From contig NC_083226.1 in the NCBI RefSeq assembly GCF_032191835.1, forward strand, positions 154,690,001-154,754,000: 64,000 nucleotides of DNA, written 5' to 3'. A program made the position numbers and the translations under genes. The notes beneath the pieces are model-generated. The model did no database searches and was not told the origin of the DNA. It saw nothing but the letters and a program-made list of their open reading frames with translations. Below are positions 61,246-64,000 of the stretch, piece after piece. Source of the DNA: Heteronotia binoei (lineage: Eukaryota). Every line of letters begins with the position of its first letter. Positions within the stretch are counted from its first letter, which is position 1.

Positions 61246-62015
61246 TTAAACCTTGAAAAGAACCATTAAAGTGGGCTGTTCTGATGGGCCTAACTTTTTA
61301 TGCCACCCTACACTCATTATAGGAGGGGTGGGATAAAAAACGAATGAAGAAGTAAAAGGGATCAAGGTGTATAAATCACCTTTAACTGGAGTACTTCTAG
61401 GCTGTTCGTATTTCAGATAATTAGGGCTTACCTATGTGTTCCATTGGGAAACATGGTTGAATCTCACAGCATGTGCTTAAAGGCAGTTGTGGGGAGTGGG
61501 TTTGATTGATATTGGGAGTGTATTGCAAAGTTAGGGGAATTTATTTGACCTTTATCTAGCCCACTAGCAAAGATGTGTTTTCTGAGCGTGTGCTGCTAGA
61601 AGGTTCAGCAGCTCCAAGGGGGGAGAGGGGACATATCTGTGATACCGTAGCTTTCTAGTTTTGAAACTTTGGTTTACATCTTGAAGTTAGCCAGGCCTTC
61701 CATGAAAGGGAAAAAACTGCTGAATCCAATTTTTGAAAAAACCAAACCAGCAAATATACATGTTCAGAGATTAAGAACACCATTAAAAAAACAACCTGAG
61801 AGGAATACATTTTTTGAAAGATACTGTTGCTGTACGATTTAATTCTTGCCACATACACTCAGGAGCAGCATTAACTACAAGCAGCAATATTTCTTTTCCT
61901 CTTTGGTGCTTCACAAGGTCATTCTTATGAATAGCATACATAGACCAAGATTATAGAGTTTATATTGTAATGCTGCCTAATGAATTTTCCTGTTATGAAC
62001 ATTTTCCCTTGATAG

Positions 62016-62178
62016 ACGAGCCAGCGCTGCACTGAATTGCTTAAAACGCTTTCATGAAATGAAAAAACGAGGACCTAAGCCGTACAGCCTTCATCTGGAT
62101 CACATTGTTCAGAAAGCCATATCAACGCATCAGAAAAGGGATCAATATCGTGTGCATAAGGATATCTTTATTTTAAAG
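62016..62178 (+). CDS. RICTOR: RICTOR exon 17 (163 nt; RASAALNCLKRFHEMKKRGPKPYSLHLDHIVQKAISTHQKRDQYRVHKDIFILK)
   Basis: TAG acceptor, GTAGGG donor, homology. Confidence 0.97.
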
Positions 62179-62488
62179 GTAGGGCGATTATCCTAGAATG
62201 AGCACTGTCAGATTGTTAATGTATGGGTTTTCTGTTTCACCTGAATGTTGCTTGGCATTCTGACCTTAATTGAAAAAGTCTAATATATAAAGAAAAACAG
62301 AGGTGGTTGTGTCTGTTTATTACAAGTTTTAATGTGTCTTGCAGTTCCGTTTCTAAAAAACCAAAGAGACATATGTCATTGGCTTATGAAAATAAACCTA
62401 GCCTGCATATTTGTACATTCTGACAAAAGAATTTATCTTGCAGCAAAATACATTTTTTGTTTTCCCTTTCCCTTTTGCTATGTTACAG

Positions 62489-62590
62489 GATACGGAAGAA
62501 GCACTGGCAACAAACCTTAGAGATAGCCAAGTTCTTCTCCACAAAGAGAACCTTGACTGGAACTGGAATCTGATAGGGACCATACTTAAG
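62489..62590 (+). CDS. RICTOR: RICTOR exon 18 (102 nt; DTEEALATNLRDSQVLLHKENLDWNWNLIGTILK)
   Basis: CAG acceptor, GTAAGC donor, homology. Confidence 0.97.
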
Positions 62591-62866
62591 GTAAGCAGTG
62601 AAGCAGTGAAATAATTCAGCCTTTTTTTAAAAATTTGGAATACAGTGAAATAAAAGAAGGTAATCTACTATTGCCTCATGAGCTTAAACTAGCTGTAGTT
62701 GAACAGGACAACATTTAGAGAGTTTTTATATAAATATGTTATGACTGAGTGCCATGCAGTCCATAATTAGACTGGGTGTAAACTAGTATGCAGAAATGCC
62801 CTTGTTAGTGCAACTTATCAAGGACTGGTATATAGCTTACAAAATTTTATATCTGTTGTTTTCTAG

Positions 62867-62913
62867 TGGCCAAATGTAAATCTAAGGAACTTTAAAGATG
62901 AACAGTTGCACAG
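62867..62913 (+). CDS. RICTOR: RICTOR exon 19 (47 nt; WPNVNLRNFKDEQLHR)
   Basis: TAG acceptor, GTACGT donor, homology; the next exon was not found in the window. Confidence 0.96.
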
Positions 62914-63359
62914 GTACGTAGATGACCAAGTAGATCTCTGTAAAGAAAAATCAGATTCAGAAAATATTACATTATGTCTTGGGAAATAACAGCATGTTCC
63001 TGAACTTAAAAACCATGATGACAATGTGTTAGATACTGATATCTGAGTTGGAATAAGTATGAAGACAGTTGTTTCTGTTCAGGGGGAAAAAACTATTTAT
63101 ACAAAAGGGAGGCAAACTATTTTAAAGAATACATAGTAGTCAGCTGTATCCTTGTAGCTGAGATTGCATTTCGAGAAAGTAAATTTGGTTTTCAGCTACC
63201 TTTACAAAATAAGATTTTCAGTACATAGATATTTTGATCTGGAAGGAAGCCCACTCACACAGTCTGATATTTATGCCAGAAACTGTGGGTGTAGGTTAAA
63301 GTGAAAAGGCAGTAGGCTGTGAGTTATCTGGTACTTGTCCAGCTCCAACTTAGCCACTG

Positions 63360-64000
63360 TAATTCACACAATGATCACCTCCAGGCTGGATTTCTGTAAC
63401 TCACTCTACACAGACCCACTCTTGAGGCTGACCTGAAAACTCTGGCCAGTGCGGAAAGCAGCAGCTCAGGTCCTTACAGGCACCCTGCAATACAGCTCAC
63501 ATCCCTCCTGTGCTATGGGAGCTGCACTGGCTTCCAGTGGAGTACTGGATCTGGTTAAAGTGCTGGTGTTGACAGCCAGGAACCTGCTTTTCTCCAGGAC
63601 CGCCTCTCCTGGTATACTTCCAGGAGAGCCTTGCTCTCTGTTGATCAACATTTGCTGTTGGTCCCTGACTTAATAGACATCCAACTGACCTCTACTAGGG
63701 CTTTTTCTCTCTGCTGAGTTCCGTTCGGGCCCTGCAGGACTTATTTTGGTTCCACAGGGCTTGTTAGGCAGGCATTTGGTTGAGGGCAGCCATGATTCCA
63801 CCTTGGCACTCCCATTTCCACTTTTTTCACCCACCCTCCCACAAGATAGCGACACCATTCAGAACTTGGATGTAATCTCGTTTTTCTAGAATCTAATGTT
63901 TTATTGTCTGCTGTTTTGGTTTTAATTGGGTTTTTGCTGATTTTTATATCACTGTAAACCACCCTGAGCCTGGTTATCAGGAAAGGCGGTCAGAAATCCT
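63360..64000 (+). mobile_element. Degraded L2 3' fragment
   Basis: CTGCACTGGCTTCCAGTGGAG (LHWLPV), TGTAAACCACCCTGAGCC tail at the window end. Confidence 0.75.

Larger units (their letters stand above)
4117..62913 (+). other. RICTOR: RICTOR gene, coding exons 1-19 (5' part; gene continues beyond the window)
   Basis: 19 exons splice in frame with GT-AG boundaries to give 570 codons that match the N-terminal ARM/HEAT region of vertebrate RICTOR (MAVSLRARSLRHLRIRGRNDSGEENVPLDLTR...WPNVNLRNFKDEQLHR). Confidence 0.98.

Noticed and set aside
4166-62866. U12-type (minor) introns
   Set aside because: All 18 complete introns have U2-type GT donors; none has GTATCCTT or AT-AC ends.

Overview
Vertebrate genomic DNA. 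Its repeats (Squam3-like and Sauria-like SINEs, CR1, L2, RTE, Penelope, many hAT MITEs) point to a squamate reptile, probably a gecko (inference). The window holds the CpG-island promoter and coding exons 1-19 of RICTOR (mTORC2 scaffold) on the + strand: ATG at 4117, 1712 coding nt (570 codons + 2 nt), all introns GT-AG, and the gene continues past the window end. Exons were placed by hand by matching translations to the human RICTOR sequence recalled from memory and checking splice sites and phase. Intron 2 (about 26 kb) and the upstream 3.5 kb are dense with nested transposons. There are two N gaps. I found no convincing wholly new biological system. The best leads are (i) minimal hammerhead-ribozyme motifs carried by two Penelope-like families, one with an intact core antisense in intron 7; (ii) a consensus 5' splice site at codon 3 of RICTOR that would give a 23-aa product and a premature stop; (iii) a 5S-rRNA-headed SINE with an RTE tail; (iv) a near full-length CR1 fossil with several nested insertions. 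Repeat family names come from pattern recognition and need a Dfam/Repbase check; most repeat boundaries are approximate.
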